From IMG/VR virus record IMGVR_UViG_2630968645_000001: a stretch of 64,000 nucleotides of DNA; one strand, given 5' to 3'. Position 1 is the stretch's first letter. The number at the start of each line of letters is the position of its first letter. The translations under genes and the position numbers were made by a program. This DNA comes from a virus. The notes under the pieces are model-generated. The model did not search any database. It was not told the DNA's origin and saw nothing but the letters and a program-made list of their open reading frames with translations. Of this stretch, positions 10,087 through 22,092 are shown piece by piece.

Positions 10087-12269
10087 ATGGCTTTTAACTT
10101 AAACTACAAAAACAAGTTTGAGATCGACACAAAAGGGAATTTAGACCCGAATTCGACGACAGGAGCTGAATTTGTTCCGATTGCAGCCGGGATTTCCACG
10201 GTTACACCTGCTCCAGGTGACACAACGGACAATACAGCCTACTACAACGGTGGCGGATTTGCAAGTACAGATGTAACCGGGCAGTTCTGAAGAGTAAATT
10301 CATCAATTTTTAGATGTTTTATGATAAAATGACTTATCCACATTTAGAAAATTTTTCCATCTATTTTTTCTGCTTTCAAAGTCAAAAAGAGCCGAATTTG
10401 CAAATTTCTTTTTTAAAATTGTGGATAACTTCAAAAAAACCTTTTTTTACATCACATCCTTTGCTATAATATAACCATTAAGTAAACCTTACTTGTATTG
10501 GCTTACTTAAATGGGTGAAATCCTCGTCTGTTAAAATGCGTGTCCGAAACGATTCCAACAGATTTGAGGATTTTTCTTTTGCCGTTTTTTTGAGTGCTTT
10601 TAAGATTGACGAACCTTTTTCAAACAGCTGTCTAATAATATCTGTTATTTGAACTAATAAATAATGATTTTTCATGGCTGTGTAGTTTTGGCTATTGGCA
10701 TGTTCTATATTGTAACGATTATTTTTTTGTCGTTAAATCCTTGATTTTCAATCTTCCAGCGGCTTCTTCCTGCAGCGATGAGTCGTTCCACGTTCTTTTT
10801 CGTGATTTTAATATCCGTTATAAATACATACTCTTTCGATTTCCCATCCTCTGTTTTCATTGTGGCTCCATCAGATTGACCGTTCTGTCTTTGTAGGCAA
10901 TATCATTCACCCAAACTAATGAATTCTGATCCTTACTTTGTTCCAGCTCTTTTATTGCCTTAAACTCCGTCGAGATACTTTTAATTCTCCCTTCCTTAAA
11001 TCTGCATATATATTTCCATTTGTGCGCCCTGCACAGATTAAATACCGTTTCACATGCATAGAGACTATCTCCCAAGATACAAATCGGTAGTCTTTTAAAT
11101 ATTTTTTTATTTTCTTTGCCAGCCTGTCGAAGGCTTTTAATTCACAATCTTGCTTAGAAACATTTTCTGATTCATTTTCGATAAATTCGGAGGCAATACT
11201 GAAGACCATATCCCCCACGACAAGCTTGGCTTCAAGTACATGGTGCATATAAAGTACGTTCGTTTCTCCTGTTTCTTTATTTGTATATGCCCGTCTCAGG
11301 CAGTGTTTACAATGTTTCTCATGAAAGGTGTGTAATCCAGTTCCATCAATGATGACACCCCAGTACTTTCCTTCAATTCGATAAGACTCGAGAGACCTTT
11401 TTTTCAATAATTCTTTAATCATATACGTTCTAATTTTTTCTAATTCATTTACATCTAAGCCAGATAAAAAGTCGTTAATTGTATCATAATGTGGAAGTTC
11501 TTCAAGAGAATCTAAGCCTAACACCTTCCCTACATTTTTAATACATTCTTCTTTATTAAAACTCTCACTCATGTTTCTCATGGATTTTAGGCCGGTCATA
11601 TTTTTCAACATCATCGTAAATAAAAGGACCTCTGGACCATAAGTGATATAGCTTTGATGTCGGTGGTCTGCTACCTTTTTAGGTTATTCATCAGGTCTTT
11701 GAAAAAATGCTTCTGAATTTTAAGGAACTCGAAAAAATAATTTGCTTCTTTTTCACGATTTCTTTTTTCTTTTCTAGTAACCAAAATAAAAACCCCCTCA
11801 AAACAGCCAAGTTTAATTAGGGCTTGCTGAACGAATCAAATTTTAGCTTGTATTCGACTTGTCACTAAGCCATGCCAAAATATTCGTCCAGCAAGCTCTA
11901 ATTATTTAAATTATTACATATTTAGCCGCATTTTTGGGGGGGAATAGTTAAATTATCACGAAAAATTTTTACTCCTCAGAGCTGGTAACCGGGAAAAACT
12001 TCTCGCTTGCGTTTTCCGGTAACCGTGTCGAGGGCGACGCCGCACAAGATTATATTACAAGCAAAGAGTTTTCACTTGGAGACGATTGCAAAACGCTGCT
12101 AAGGTGGACAAAATCAGACGGCCGTGTAGTTGTGGCTCAAGTCACTTTGAGCGCTATTACCACCTCCGGAGGCGCAGCAAACGCAAAGCAAACGTTTAGC
12201 TTTACAGCTAACTTTAATGGAGCACCGGTTGTGCAAGATCAGGCCGCGCAAGGTCAGGCCGCAGGATAA
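10087..12269 (+). pseudogene. Major tail tube protein split by an IS
   Basis: Removing the IS and one GTAACCGGG copy gives the continuous frame ...ASTDVTG-KNFSLAFSGNRVEGDAAQDYI...QAAG*. Confidence 0.9.
10282..11984 (-). mobile_element. IS with DDE transposase (DDE_Tnp_1 clan), copy 1; transposase frameshifted
   Basis: IRs CAGTTCTGAAGAGTAAA / CAGCTCTGAGGAGTAAA; 9-bp TSD GTAACCGGG (10273-10281, 11985-11993); near-identical to 29317-31024. Confidence 0.93.
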
Positions 12270-12321
12270 AAAGGGGCTTTGTGCCCCTTTTTGTACATAC
12301 CAAAAAAAGGAAGTGTGCTAA

Positions 12322-12747
12322 ATGATTAAAATTAATCTGCAAAAAGTAACTGAAACCTTTCAAATTGGAGACAAGACATATGAAGCTGATTTTAACGATG
12401 AGGCATTGAAAAAATATTTCAAGCAAGGGCAAAAAATCTGGGAATACGACAAACAAGTTAGTGAAAAATATCCGGATATCGAGAACACTGATGATTTCGG
12501 TAAGGTCTGCACCGCAGTCATTGACGTGCTCCCAGCCCGGGCGGAAAGCTATAAATCTTTTTTCGACGAAACTTTTGGTGAAGGGGCCGGTGAAAAGATT
12601 TATGCCATCTGTGGAAAGTCTACACCGAACATGCAGAAAGTATTCATGGAAGTGTGGAAAGTGATCTATCGTAAAGTGATGGATATTGAAACGGAGTCTG
12701 ACAGGACTGCCAAAAAGTATGTGAAAAACCGCAACCAAAAGCGATGA
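12322..12747 (+). CDS. Tail assembly chaperone
   Basis: Located between the tail tube gene and gp15/TMP. Confidence 0.7.
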   Translation: MIKINLQKVTETFQIGDKTYEADFNDEALKKYFKQGQKIWEYDKQVSEKYPDIENTDDFGKVCTAVIDVLPARAESYKSFFDETFGEGAGEKIYAICGKSTPNMQKVFMEVWKVIYRKVMDIETESDRTAKKYVKNRNQKR

Positions 12748-12753
12748 TGATCC

Positions 12754-13371
12754 ATGTTGAGCCTGACACAGCCATTAGATAACGAAATTGAGATTAATGG
12801 ACAAACTTATGAATGGGATTTGTCATATGACAACGTGCTACGATTTTATGAACTTATGAATGATGATAGCGTGAATGAAATCGAAAAGATACAGCTCGCT
12901 TTTAAAATGTTTGTACCAGAATGCACTGCGGATATCGAAACACAAATTGAAACAGTGCAAGCCATCTCCAAATATATCTCCGGGCAGGACGAGGAAGAAC
13001 TAGAGCCAAGTGAAAACCACAAACAATATTACAGTTTTGAGCAAGATGCAGATTATATTTATGCATCTTTTTTGCAGGACTATGGGGTAGACTTAATCGA
13101 CTTACAAGGCACACTCCGATGGGAAAAATTTATTGCCATGCTGAACAGCTTGAGTGAACGCACGAAATTTAGCCAGGTTGTCAGCATCAGGGCAGCTGAA
13201 ATCCCATCTGGAAACAGTGAATATGAGATTGCCGAGCGCAACCGGTTAATCCAGTTGAAAGATTTGTATGCGTTAAAAGACGAGAACAGTGTCTCTTATG
13301 CTGAACAGGAAATAGATAGCATGTTTGATCGATTAGTTGAATCTGCACAGGAAGGGGGCGAAAGGGAATGA
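12754..13371 (+). CDS. A118 Gp15-like tail protein
   Basis: [22 protein letters not shown]...[10 protein letters not shown] motif. Confidence 0.85.
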   Translation: MLSLTQPLDNEIEINGQTYEWDLSYDNVLRFYELMNDDSVNEIEKIQLAFKMFVPECTADIETQIETVQAISKYISGQDEEELEPSENHKQYYSFEQDADYIYASFLQDYGVDLIDLQGTLRWEKFIAMLNSLSERTKFSQVVSIRAAEIPSGNSEYEIAERNRLIQLKDLYALKDENSVSYAEQEIDSMFDRLVESAQEGGERE

Positions 13372-16300
13372 GTGATGGAAAAGTCGTCATCGACGTTAGG
13401 CTGGATGATAAAGGTGTAAAGTCAGATATTCAGATAATCGAAACACTTTTAAAAGCCATAGGCCAAGACGCCGGTAAGAAAATGGATGTCAATTTTAAAA
13501 AAAATGCCGAAAAAATGGTAAATGAAGCTGAAAAAACGGCTGACAAAGTAGACAAAGAATTTGATAAACCTGTCGAGCAAGAAGTCAAGATTAAAGATAA
13601 GGCCACAAAGCAGGCTGAAAATGTCCATAAAGATGTAAAAAAAGAAACAGAAAAACCGGTTACACAAGAAATTAAAGTTGATGAATCAGGTGCCGTGGAA
13701 GCTGCTAAGAAAGCACGGCAAAAGATGGTGAGAGAAGCAGAAGAAGCACGCAGCCAGATTTCATCCGTATTGAAAGGCTCATTTGTCGGTACATTTCTGG
13801 GAAATATGGCAACAAACGCTGTATCGACAGTTAAAAGCGGTATTTCTGAATTGATCCATGCCGGCATTGAATATAATGCCACACAAGACAAGATGCTGGC
13901 TACATGGACGACATTGGCCGGATCAGCAACAAAGGGTAAACAAATGGTGGACATGGTTAACATGTTCCAGCGGAAGACAGGATATGCTACAGAAGCCCTC
14001 AACGAAATGGAGCAAAAAATTTATCACATTAAATCTAGTGCATCCGAAACTGAAACCATGACCAGGGCATTTACTACTTTGGGAGATGCCATGGGCTTGA
14101 CTAATGATCGACTTGTTGGTGTAGCGGAACAGTTTAGCCAGATGATGGCGACCGGAAAAGCCTATACAGGTGACCTTAATATCATGACCAACGCCTTTCC
14201 TGCCTTTGGTGAAGCTTTGCAGGAAACCACTGGGGAAAGCATGGCCACTATCCGCAAAATGGCAAGTGAGGGGAAATTGGATGCCTCTGTTGTAGAAGAA
14301 ACACTTATTAATATGTCCCACAAATACAAGGACGCCACAGAAAACGCCATGAATACGACGCAAGGATTATGGCGGTCGATCGAATCGAACTGGGGACGTC
14401 TGGCCGGAAAATTTACCGCACCGATTTTCAATTTGAAAAAGAGTGGATTTAAAGACTTGGAAGACTGGTTGGCATCAAGTAAGGCAGATGCTTACTTTAC
14501 AAATCTTGGGAAAGACGCAGCACAAGTTGTAAGCAAAATCACAGACATTGTGGAATATGTAAAAGACCACAAAGACACCATCCTCGGATTTGCCAAAGCT
14601 TTCGGTATCCTTTACGGCGAAATATGGGCCATGAAAAAAATTGCGGGCATTGTAGATTCTTTTAATATCGTAATGGGCGGATTAGGCCGTTTACGAGGAT
14701 CAATGGCACTTACGGCACGGTCATCAGAAACGATGGCGGCAACAACAATAGCATCCAACGAAAAAGTAGTTGCCAGCAGCGGAGCTTTTAGCCTTGTTGG
14801 TAAACGTATGGGGATTCTAAGAAGTGCTGCCAATATTGGCGGCGCGGCTCTTATGGCATTTGGTGGAAAATGGGGCATGATTGCAGGTATTGCAGCCAAT
14901 TTTCTGCCCGAAATTTTAAAAGCAGGAGGCGGTATTTTACGATTTGGCGGGCAAGCGCTCGGTGCTGTAAAAAATATGCGTTTTTTAATAGGGGCTTTTG
15001 GAGATGCCGGCGCTGCAGCATTTGGGTTGAGTAACCCACTTGGCTGGATCATAACGGCGATTGCTGCCGTAGGTACCGGCTTTTACTATGCCTATAAACA
15101 TATAAAGCCATTCCGTGATAGTATCAATGATCTTGGTGACGATTTAAAAGGTCATTTCATTCATACCATGAATAAAGTAAAGGATTTTTTCGCCAACCCT
15201 TTGAACTTAAAAATCAAATGGGATTCCAGTGTCAGTAAATCAGACCAGAAAGCAATAGACAGCTACACAAAACTTGTGGACCAGGCACAACGAAAACTTG
15301 AAGATTTCGTAGTTACAGGCCGAAAAGTAAGCAAACAAAATGTTGGTAGCTTAGTAAAACCATACGAGCAGATGGCAAAACAAATCTCAAAGCATTTTGA
15401 CGACGCGACGAAAAGTGCGAAAAAGAATCTCAAATATTTGGATGGCCTAAACAGAGATGAGTATAACGACATCTTAAAAAGGACTACTAAAGCTAATAAT
15501 AAAAACAAAAAAGAAGTACAGAAAATCACTAACGACATAAAAAAAATATATGAAAATGCAGCCAAGCACCATAGAAGTCTGACAGCGGAAGAGCAGGAAA
15601 AAGTAAACAAACTACAAGAAAAAATGAACACATACGCCGCAAAAAGCGTTTCTAAGTCTGCGAAAGAGCAGCAGGAAATTCTCGGTAAATTAAGGGATCA
15701 CGCCGGGAAATTGAGTGCACAGCAAGCAGCGAAAATAGTAGCAAACGCTAAAAAGCAAGAAGAACAAACCATAAAACATGCCAGAAATGAATACAAAGAA
15801 GCAGTGGACCAAGCCGAAAAGAAATACAAGGGTACGAAGAACTGGGCTGACGAGCAGTACTATGTGAACGGATCAATTTCTAAAAAGGAATACCAGGACA
15901 TCGTAAAAAACGCAAAACGGCAAAGAGACGAAAGCATTAAACACGCTAAGAACAAGCGTGATGCAGTGATCGCAAATGCCAAAACAGAGCAAAACCAAAC
16001 GGTCGAGTTAGCAAAGAAACAAGCAAAAGGACATATAGACGCGGTCGATTGGGAAACCGGGAAAGTATTGAACAAATACGATAAATTCCGGGCAAGCTTT
16101 GCGCATGTTATTAATGGCATTACTGGATTTTTCAATAAAATCTTTGACAAGATTGGTATGGGTAAAATAAACATCCCACAATGGCATCCATCCGGATATG
16201 CACGCGGAACAAGTGGTACAACAAAAGATGAAATTGCACTGACGGGGGAAGAAGGTCCGGAATTGGCACATTCTCCTGGCATTGGAACATATATTGTCGG

Positions 16301-17408
16301 GAAGACAGGACCAGAATTACGGTATTTGCCAAAAGGAACTTCCATTTTGCCACATGGCCCATCTATGAAGCTATTAAACAGCCTTGGCATAAAAGGATAT
16401 GCTGGCGGCATTGGTGACTTTTTCACTGGTTTGTGGCACAACGTAGAAAAAGGAGCAAAAACGGCCATTGACATCATTTCCGACCCATCAAAATTAATCT
16501 CGTATATAAAAGACAAGACTGGCCTATCAAACTTCCGGAATAAATATACTGGGGTTTTAAAAGATTTGGCGATCGGACTTCCAGATGAATTTTTTAAAGG
16601 CATAAAAAACAAATTAAAAGACGCATTGATTGTGAATCCAAGTGGATCCGGGGTACAGCGATGGAAACCGGCAGTTGTGAGAGCCCTTGCCATGAACGGG
16701 CTATCTACAAGTGCTGAAATGGTGAATAAAGTTTTGCGTCAGATTGCAACAGAGTCCGGCGGTAATCCATTAGCTGTACAGCACGGATACACAGATATAA
16801 ACACTATAACCGGCGACTTGGCCAAGGGCTTAATGCAGACGATTTCCGCAACCTTTAACGCTTACAAATTCCCGGGGCACGGAAATATTTTTAATGGATT
16901 TGATAGCCTGCTGGCAGCCTTAAACTATGCGAAACACCGGTATGGTAGAAACCTGTCCGGACTAGGTGAAGGCCATGGGTATGCAGACGGAACGGAAAGC
17001 TCAGCAGGCGGACATGTATATGTAGCCGAAAAAGAACCAGAAATCATTGAAACGAAAGATGGGCGCATTGCAATTGCAACACGTCCGACAAGTTTTGATG
17101 ATTTCATGGCCGGAAGCAAAGTGACGCCGATCTCGAAATTAAAGAGATACGCAGCTGGAACAATTGAAAAAGCAGCAAACTTAGTTAACAGTGTATCTGG
17201 TCCTAAAGTTATCATCGCGCAAACGGTCACTGCGGCGGGTAATGGGAAACCAAATACCAAAACACCGCCGATCGAAGTACAAGTTGATGTGAAACCACAA
17301 ACACACGTCATACAGTGGAATGGTAAAGCGGTATATACCGAAATGGTCAAATATGACAAACAGGCTACGAATATAAGAAGCATTTTTAAGGGGTTGAGCT
17401 CGATATGA
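13368..17408 (+). CDS. Tape measure protein with C-terminal SLT-like lytic transglycosylase
   Basis: 1346 aa; tape-measure domain; IATESGGNP...KGLMQ lytic transglycosylase motif. Confidence 0.92.
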   Translation: MSDGKVVIDVRLDDKGVKSDIQIIETLLKAIGQDAGKKMDVNFKKNAEKMVNEAEKTADKVDKEFDKPVEQEVKIKDKATKQAENVHKDVKKETEKPVTQEIKVDESGAVEAAKKARQKMVREAEEARSQISSVLKGSFVGTFLGNMATNAVSTVKSGISELIHAGIEYNATQDKMLATWTTLAGSATKGKQMVDMVNMFQRKTGYATEALNEMEQKIYHIKSSASETETMTRAFTTLGDAMGLTNDRLVGVAEQFSQMMATGKAYTGDLNIMTNAFPAFGEALQETTGESMATIRKMASEGKLDASVVEETLINMSHKYKDATENAMNTTQGLWRSIESNWGRLAGKFTAPIFNLKKSGFKDLEDWLASSKADAYFTNLGKDAAQVVSKITDIVEYVKDHKDTILGFAKAFGILYGEIWAMKKIAGIVDSFNIVMGGLGRLRGSMALTARSSETMAATTIASNEKVVASSGAFSLVGKRMGILRSAANIGGAALMAFGGKWGMIAGIAANFLPEILKAGGGILRFGGQALGAVKNMRFLIGAFGDAGAAAFGLSNPLGWIITAIAAVGTGFYYAYKHIKPFRDSINDLGDDLKGHFIHTMNKVKDFFANPLNLKIKWDSSVSKSDQKAIDSYTKLVDQAQRKLEDFVVTGRKVSKQNVGSLVKPYEQMAKQISKHFDDATKSAKKNLKYLDGLNRDEYNDILKRTTKANNKNKKEVQKITNDIKKIYENAAKHHRSLTAEEQEKVNKLQEKMNTYAAKSVSKSAKEQQEILGKLRDHAGKLSAQQAAKIVANAKKQEEQTIKHARNEYKEAVDQAEKKYKGTKNWADEQYYVNGSISKKEYQDIVKNAKRQRDESIKHAKNKRDAVIANAKTEQNQTVELAKKQAKGHIDAVDWETGKVLNKYDKFRASFAHVINGITGFFNKIFDKIGMGKINIPQWHPSGYARGTSGTTKDEIALTGEEGPELAHSPGIGTYIVGKTGPELRYLPKGTSILPHGPSMKLLNSLGIKGYAGGIGDFFTGLWHNVEKGAKTAIDIISDPSKLISYIKDKTGLSNFRNKYTGVLKDLAIGLPDEFFKGIKNKLKDALIVNPSGSGVQRWKPAVVRALAMNGLSTSAEMVNKVLRQIATESGGNPLAVQHGYTDINTITGDLAKGLMQTISATFNAYKFPGHGNIFNGFDSLLAALNYAKHRYGRNLSGLGEGHGYADGTESSAGGHVYVAEKEPEIIETKDGRIAIATRPTSFDDFMAGSKVTPISKLKRYAAGTIEKAANLVNSVSGPKVIIAQTVTAAGNGKPNTKTPPIEVQVDVKPQTHVIQWNGKAVYTEMVKYDKQATNIRSIFKGLSSI

Positions 17409-19090
17409 CCGCGATAGTTTCAGATACAGAATTCGGATTTTTTTATGCCGGCGCTCATTCCCGGGAATTTAATTTAAAAGTCATTGAGATCCATAGAAAC
17501 ATTTTTCCAACAGTCGAAGAGCAAACGCAAAATATCCCCGGAATGTCCGGGGATTTATATTTGGGAACAAACGTGAAAAATCGTACTTTTGTGGTAGATG
17601 TTGAAATTGTGGCCGGGTCTCATACGCAGCGTATTGATCTGATTCACCAAATTAGTGACTGGCTTATGCCGGTCGATGATGCTGAATTTGACTTAATTTT
17701 TGATGATGAGCAGGACTTTACTTACTATGCGCATGTATCTAATATAACCGAAGTCACACGGTCGTTATACAAAGGGAAGGCAAGCATTACCTTTAGCTGC
17801 AGCGACCCGAAAGGCTACGGCGAATATCAGCAGCATGACATGACCACAAATCCTATAACGATTACACCAGACGGGACAGCGGAATGCTATCCTATTTTTA
17901 CATGCATGCCCAAAAAAGATGTAACCAAAATTGCGATTACTGATGAGGATGGAAATTATGTCTACTTAGGAGCTGATGTTGATCCTGATACTGGTGACGC
18001 CCCAATAGATAAGGAACCCTTAGTTTTCCATGACACTTGTAATACATTAGCTAATTGGACTGCTATTAATTCATCTAACATTACTTTTGAGTTGGAAAAT
18101 GGTATTCCATCAGGAACCATGAGAAGTACAGCAAATGCGATAAAAGTAGGGAAAACGAGTGATGGTTATGCTGATTTTGGAGCTGCCACAAACGATAAAA
18201 AATGGCACGGTCCTGTTAGATTACAATGGCTCCCTAATGGATATGATGATTTTCGAATTAGAGTCCGCATGTGGAATCGTCAATATTACTCAAGAGCTAG
18301 GGGCAAATGTGAAGTATATTTGTTGGACTCAAACGGGACAAGATTTGGAAAAATCATGCTGAAAGATAATGGAAGCAGCGAAGAAGTATATGCGCAAGTA
18401 CAACTGGGCACATCAAGTAGTTATAAAAACATTTATTATGGTAAAGGAAACATCAAAAAAGGGAAAAAGAAAACAAAAACAGTTAAGCTTGGAACGGGTA
18501 CAAAGAAAGTTACTGAAAAGGGAAAGTCAAAAACAGTACAGCAGTGGAAAACAGTCAAGCTAGATGAAGATACATCAACTAATACTTTTACTGATTTCTA
18601 CGGCTATATCGAATTGCAAAAAATAGGCAATAAATATCGTGTTGAAATCATGAAATTTGACGATGATTCAAACCCTGCTTGGAGTAAACCTTTGGTTTAC
18701 ACATACACGGATTCTAGCGGTAAATATGCAAAACAGTTAGCTGGAATTGCTTTTTATACTGCCAAAATGGACATTAAAGAAGATGCTGCTGATCCAGTCA
18801 AGCATTATACAAATAATGGGATGGGGCTTAGTGATGTTAAAGTATGGAATATTATCGATGGAGGAAATGGATCCAGTGCTTCTCCCACAACCATTGCTCA
18901 TAAAGGTGATGAAATAAAAATCAATTGTGAAGATCGCACCGTATATAAAAACGGTGCTATTTTTATGGATAAACTTTATATTGGAAGTAATTTTCCAACA
19001 TTACAAGGTGGTGTTGAAAAGGTATTTTCCTTCGAACCCGATCTAAGTGATGCAGACTGGTATTATGAATATAAAAGTACAACCATTTAG
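17405..19090 (+). CDS. Distal tail (Dit) protein with a large inserted domain
   Basis: N-terminal Sipho_tail-like ([21 protein letters not shown]); 561 aa. Confidence 0.85.
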   Translation: MTAIVSDTEFGFFYAGAHSREFNLKVIEIHRNIFPTVEEQTQNIPGMSGDLYLGTNVKNRTFVVDVEIVAGSHTQRIDLIHQISDWLMPVDDAEFDLIFDDEQDFTYYAHVSNITEVTRSLYKGKASITFSCSDPKGYGEYQQHDMTTNPITITPDGTAECYPIFTCMPKKDVTKIAITDEDGNYVYLGADVDPDTGDAPIDKEPLVFHDTCNTLANWTAINSSNITFELENGIPSGTMRSTANAIKVGKTSDGYADFGAATNDKKWHGPVRLQWLPNGYDDFRIRVRMWNRQYYSRARGKCEVYLLDSNGTRFGKIMLKDNGSSEEVYAQVQLGTSSSYKNIYYGKGNIKKGKKKTKTVKLGTGTKKVTEKGKSKTVQQWKTVKLDEDTSTNTFTDFYGYIELQKIGNKYRVEIMKFDDDSNPAWSKPLVYTYTDSSGKYAKQLAGIAFYTAKMDIKEDAADPVKHYTNNGMGLSDVKVWNIIDGGNGSSASPTTIAHKGDEIKINCEDRTVYKNGAIFMDKLYIGSNFPTLQGGVEKVFSFEPDLSDADWYYEYKSTTI

Positions 19091-19198
19091 AAATTTACGT
19101 TATAATCAATTTATAGGCTAGGGTCGCTCCCGAAAAGAAGGCACCCACCTTCCTGCCTAATAATAACAAATGGGAGATAACTTGGGGAGGTTATCAAT

Positions 19199-19717
19199 AT
19201 GCAGGAAGTTTGGAAAGACATCAGTGGCTATGAAGGTTTGTATCAAGTAAGTAATTTAGGACGAATCAAATCCCTTGAACGATTTGATAGCTTAGGAAGA
19301 AAAGTACATGAAAAAATACGGAAACTACAGATAACCCCACATGGGTATGTTACGGTTGATTTAAAATCAAATGGTAAAAGACAAACTTATAATGTTCATA
19401 GGTTGGTAGCAATAGCTTTTATGGGTTACGAGAAAGATAAGGATATAAATCATATAGATGGTAACAAACAAAACAACCGTTTGGAAAATTTGGAGTGGGT
19501 TACAAGGCGAGAAAATATGATTCATGCATGGGATACGGGTCTTAATAAGAAAAAGCGAAAACCGGTTATACAGTTTAAAGCCGGGAAAAAAATTGCCGTT
19601 TTCGCTTCTGCCTACGATGCTCAAAAATCAACAAAAGTACACGCTCCACACATCTGTGCTTGCTGTCATGGTAAAAGAAAAACCGCCGGAGGATACACTT
19701 GGAATTATGCTGAATAA
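19199..19717 (+). CDS. NUMOD4/HNH homing endonuclease with C-terminal NUMOD1-like DNA-binding domain
   Basis: EVWKDISGYEGLYQVSNLGRIKS; VHRLVA...INHIDGNKQNNRLENLEW. Confidence 0.93.
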   Translation: MQEVWKDISGYEGLYQVSNLGRIKSLERFDSLGRKVHEKIRKLQITPHGYVTVDLKSNGKRQTYNVHRLVAIAFMGYEKDKDINHIDGNKQNNRLENLEWVTRRENMIHAWDTGLNKKKRKPVIQFKAGKKIAVFASAYDAQKSTKVHAPHICACCHGKRKTAGGYTWNYAE

Positions 19718-19770
19718 ATTACTTTTACAGATCCTAAAAAGGATCTTTTTTTGTTAGGAGGTGATAGTCA

Positions 19771-22092
19771 ATGTATACAATATTAGATCCGGATTTAAAT
19801 GTCTGTGGAGTGCTTGACCTAGATGGTAAAGGATGCAAGTTTTACAATGACGTACGATCAACCAAAATTGCGGATGATCAGGGGAAAATTTGGAGTGATA
19901 CCCTACAAATATCAGTCCCATATGGTTATCGGGAGACAGCCTACATGACAAATGGCTATCACCTTCTTAAGCAGGGAGGGGATGGCCGTTTTTATTGTTA
20001 TAGAATTTTTAGTCCAACAGATGAAGCTGGTGGCTCAACACATACAAAAACAGTTCAGGCAATTAATCTACTAGCTTGGGATTTAACTCACATATACGTA
20101 CAACCAAAAACATTTAAAGCTGCAAATAGCCAAGATGCATTTGAATATATTCTTCAAAGATCAGGCTGGGAAATAGGTGAGAATGATTTCTTCGGTGGGG
20201 TTAAGTCACTTGAGATATCTGCTGGTAATAATGCTATATATTGGTTAGATCAATTCACTAGCCAATTTGGTGTTGAAATTAGGGCCTATGTAGAGGTTTA
20301 TAACGGAAAAATTGTTCGAAAATTAATTGACATAGTAGAAGAATTAGGAGAATCAGAGGGGCGCAGATTTGAGTATTCTCATGATTTATTAGGAGTGACT
20401 AGAACCGGTGACGACTCGCAGATGTATACTAAGCTATATGTCTACGGAGGTACAAATAGTAAAGGCGAGATAGTCTCGATAGCAAGCGTGAATAATGGCC
20501 GAGATTATATTGTAGATGACGAAGCAAATGATCTCTATAACAATGGTAATCAATACTTAGAAGGATACATTGTAAATGAAAGTATTGCTAACCCTAGTGG
20601 TTTATTAGATTGGGGTAAACAGCAACTGGCCAAATATAATCATCCTAAATATACTTATACAGTTGATGTTGCACATTTAGGCTACAAGCCGAATCTTGGC
20701 GATCGTATACAAGTTATTGATTTTTCAATGGATCCTGAGTTGACTTTAGATGCCAGGGTCATTCAAATGGATGAATCTGAGGCAAATCCAGAAAACAATA
20801 AAGTAATCCTAGGGGAATTTGTTGAGGTGCAAGTAGTTACCCCAGAGGATATTTGGAAACTACAAGCTAAGGCTGCACAGGCATACCAAGAATCACAAAA
20901 GGCCAAAGCATATAAAGTGGAGTACTTTACTCCAGATGGAACGGATTTTGCAGATGATACGGAAAAGCGCATTATCATCAGGGTTTATCAAGGGGCTGAT
21001 GAAATCACGTCGAAAATAGATAATGATAAGTTTATTTGGCAAAAAATAAATTCGGATGGAAGCCATGATACAGATTGGGAAGATAGACATGTAGGAATCG
21101 GAAATGTAATCACAGTAGGTTCCGAAGTGGCGGGAAGCACAATTCGTTGTCAAGTTGATGATGGTTTAAGTGATTCGATTTTATTTGCCACAGAAGAAGA
21201 TGCAGCATACTTCGCTACCTTGCAAATGGATCCGCCTAGTGGTTGGGACGACTTTACTAACAGTGTTGCTCAGTATGCTCAGGTAGATTATCCAAGAAGT
21301 GATATTTATTGGTCGCAAAGATATTATGGTAATAAACGCCATAGTGGTGATGGATCGGCTAATATACAAAGTTATGTACTTACTCGCACTGATTTAACCG
21401 GAGCCATTAAAGACCGTATGTGGGTTATTCGTGGTGGACATGGTGCCCAATTTGGAATTGAGTATATTAACGGCAAGATGTGGATTTGGTCTTATTATCT
21501 TGATGCTGCTAATAATCAATGGCATGTTGTTAAATTTCCTTACCAAGCTAATAAGGTTTTGGATTGGGGAGATAGCAGCATTGTAAATCTACTAAGTACA
21601 AATGGCGGTTATAGAACGAATTTAGACGTACGAAATGGGTACGTCCTTTTTGTATATGGAACTACTAATCCAACATTTTACGTTTGCAAAAAAGCTGATG
21701 TGGAGAACAAACAATTTAAACCATTATACACTGCCCGAGGAACTGATGTGAATTATTTTGGAACAGATCAAACTTATCAAAGTGCGTGCCTAGACTTTCC
21801 TTACGTCTATTTTACAAGTGGCAATGGAGACGGTAGCGACCAACGTTGTTTGTATTGTTTTGATATACGATCAAAGTCATTAGTTTACCGGATTGTTTAT
21901 ACATTTGACAAAGGCACAATCAATCAAATAGGGCAGTATAACGAACCCGAAGCAATCAGTTATTACTACGACTCGGATGGAAAGAAATGGCTAATACAAG
22001 GTTTCGCCTGGGGAAATGAAGATTCGGAAGATAGTCAAAGGACAAATCAATTATTTAGGATTAATGAGCATAAGCGAGGTGATGCATCATGA
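19771..22092 (+). CDS. Tal/tail endopeptidase-type baseplate protein with putative receptor-binding C-terminal domain
   Basis: Prophage-tail N-terminal motifs (LGDRIQVID...LDARVIQM); C-terminal RMWVIRGGHGAQFGIE propeller-like region. Confidence 0.8.
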   Translation: MYTILDPDLNVCGVLDLDGKGCKFYNDVRSTKIADDQGKIWSDTLQISVPYGYRETAYMTNGYHLLKQGGDGRFYCYRIFSPTDEAGGSTHTKTVQAINLLAWDLTHIYVQPKTFKAANSQDAFEYILQRSGWEIGENDFFGGVKSLEISAGNNAIYWLDQFTSQFGVEIRAYVEVYNGKIVRKLIDIVEELGESEGRRFEYSHDLLGVTRTGDDSQMYTKLYVYGGTNSKGEIVSIASVNNGRDYIVDDEANDLYNNGNQYLEGYIVNESIANPSGLLDWGKQQLAKYNHPKYTYTVDVAHLGYKPNLGDRIQVIDFSMDPELTLDARVIQMDESEANPENNKVILGEFVEVQVVTPEDIWKLQAKAAQAYQESQKAKAYKVEYFTPDGTDFADDTEKRIIIRVYQGADEITSKIDNDKFIWQKINSDGSHDTDWEDRHVGIGNVITVGSEVAGSTIRCQVDDGLSDSILFATEEDAAYFATLQMDPPSGWDDFTNSVAQYAQVDYPRSDIYWSQRYYGNKRHSGDGSANIQSYVLTRTDLTGAIKDRMWVIRGGHGAQFGIEYINGKMWIWSYYLDAANNQWHVVKFPYQANKVLDWGDSSIVNLLSTNGGYRTNLDVRNGYVLFVYGTTNPTFYVCKKADVENKQFKPLYTARGTDVNYFGTDQTYQSACLDFPYVYFTSGNGDGSDQRCLYCFDIRSKSLVYRIVYTFDKGTINQIGQYNEPEAISYYYDSDGKKWLIQGFAWGNEDSEDSQRTNQLFRINEHKRGDAS

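Noticed and set aside
12700-12780. Programmed frameshift in the tail assembly chaperone genes
   Set aside because: No clear slippery heptamer before the stop; the next gene has its own start.
13430-17383. Long antisense ORFs in the TMP, portal and other structural genes
   Set aside because: They are shadow frames of well-supported plus-strand genes and lack RBSs or recognisable motifs.
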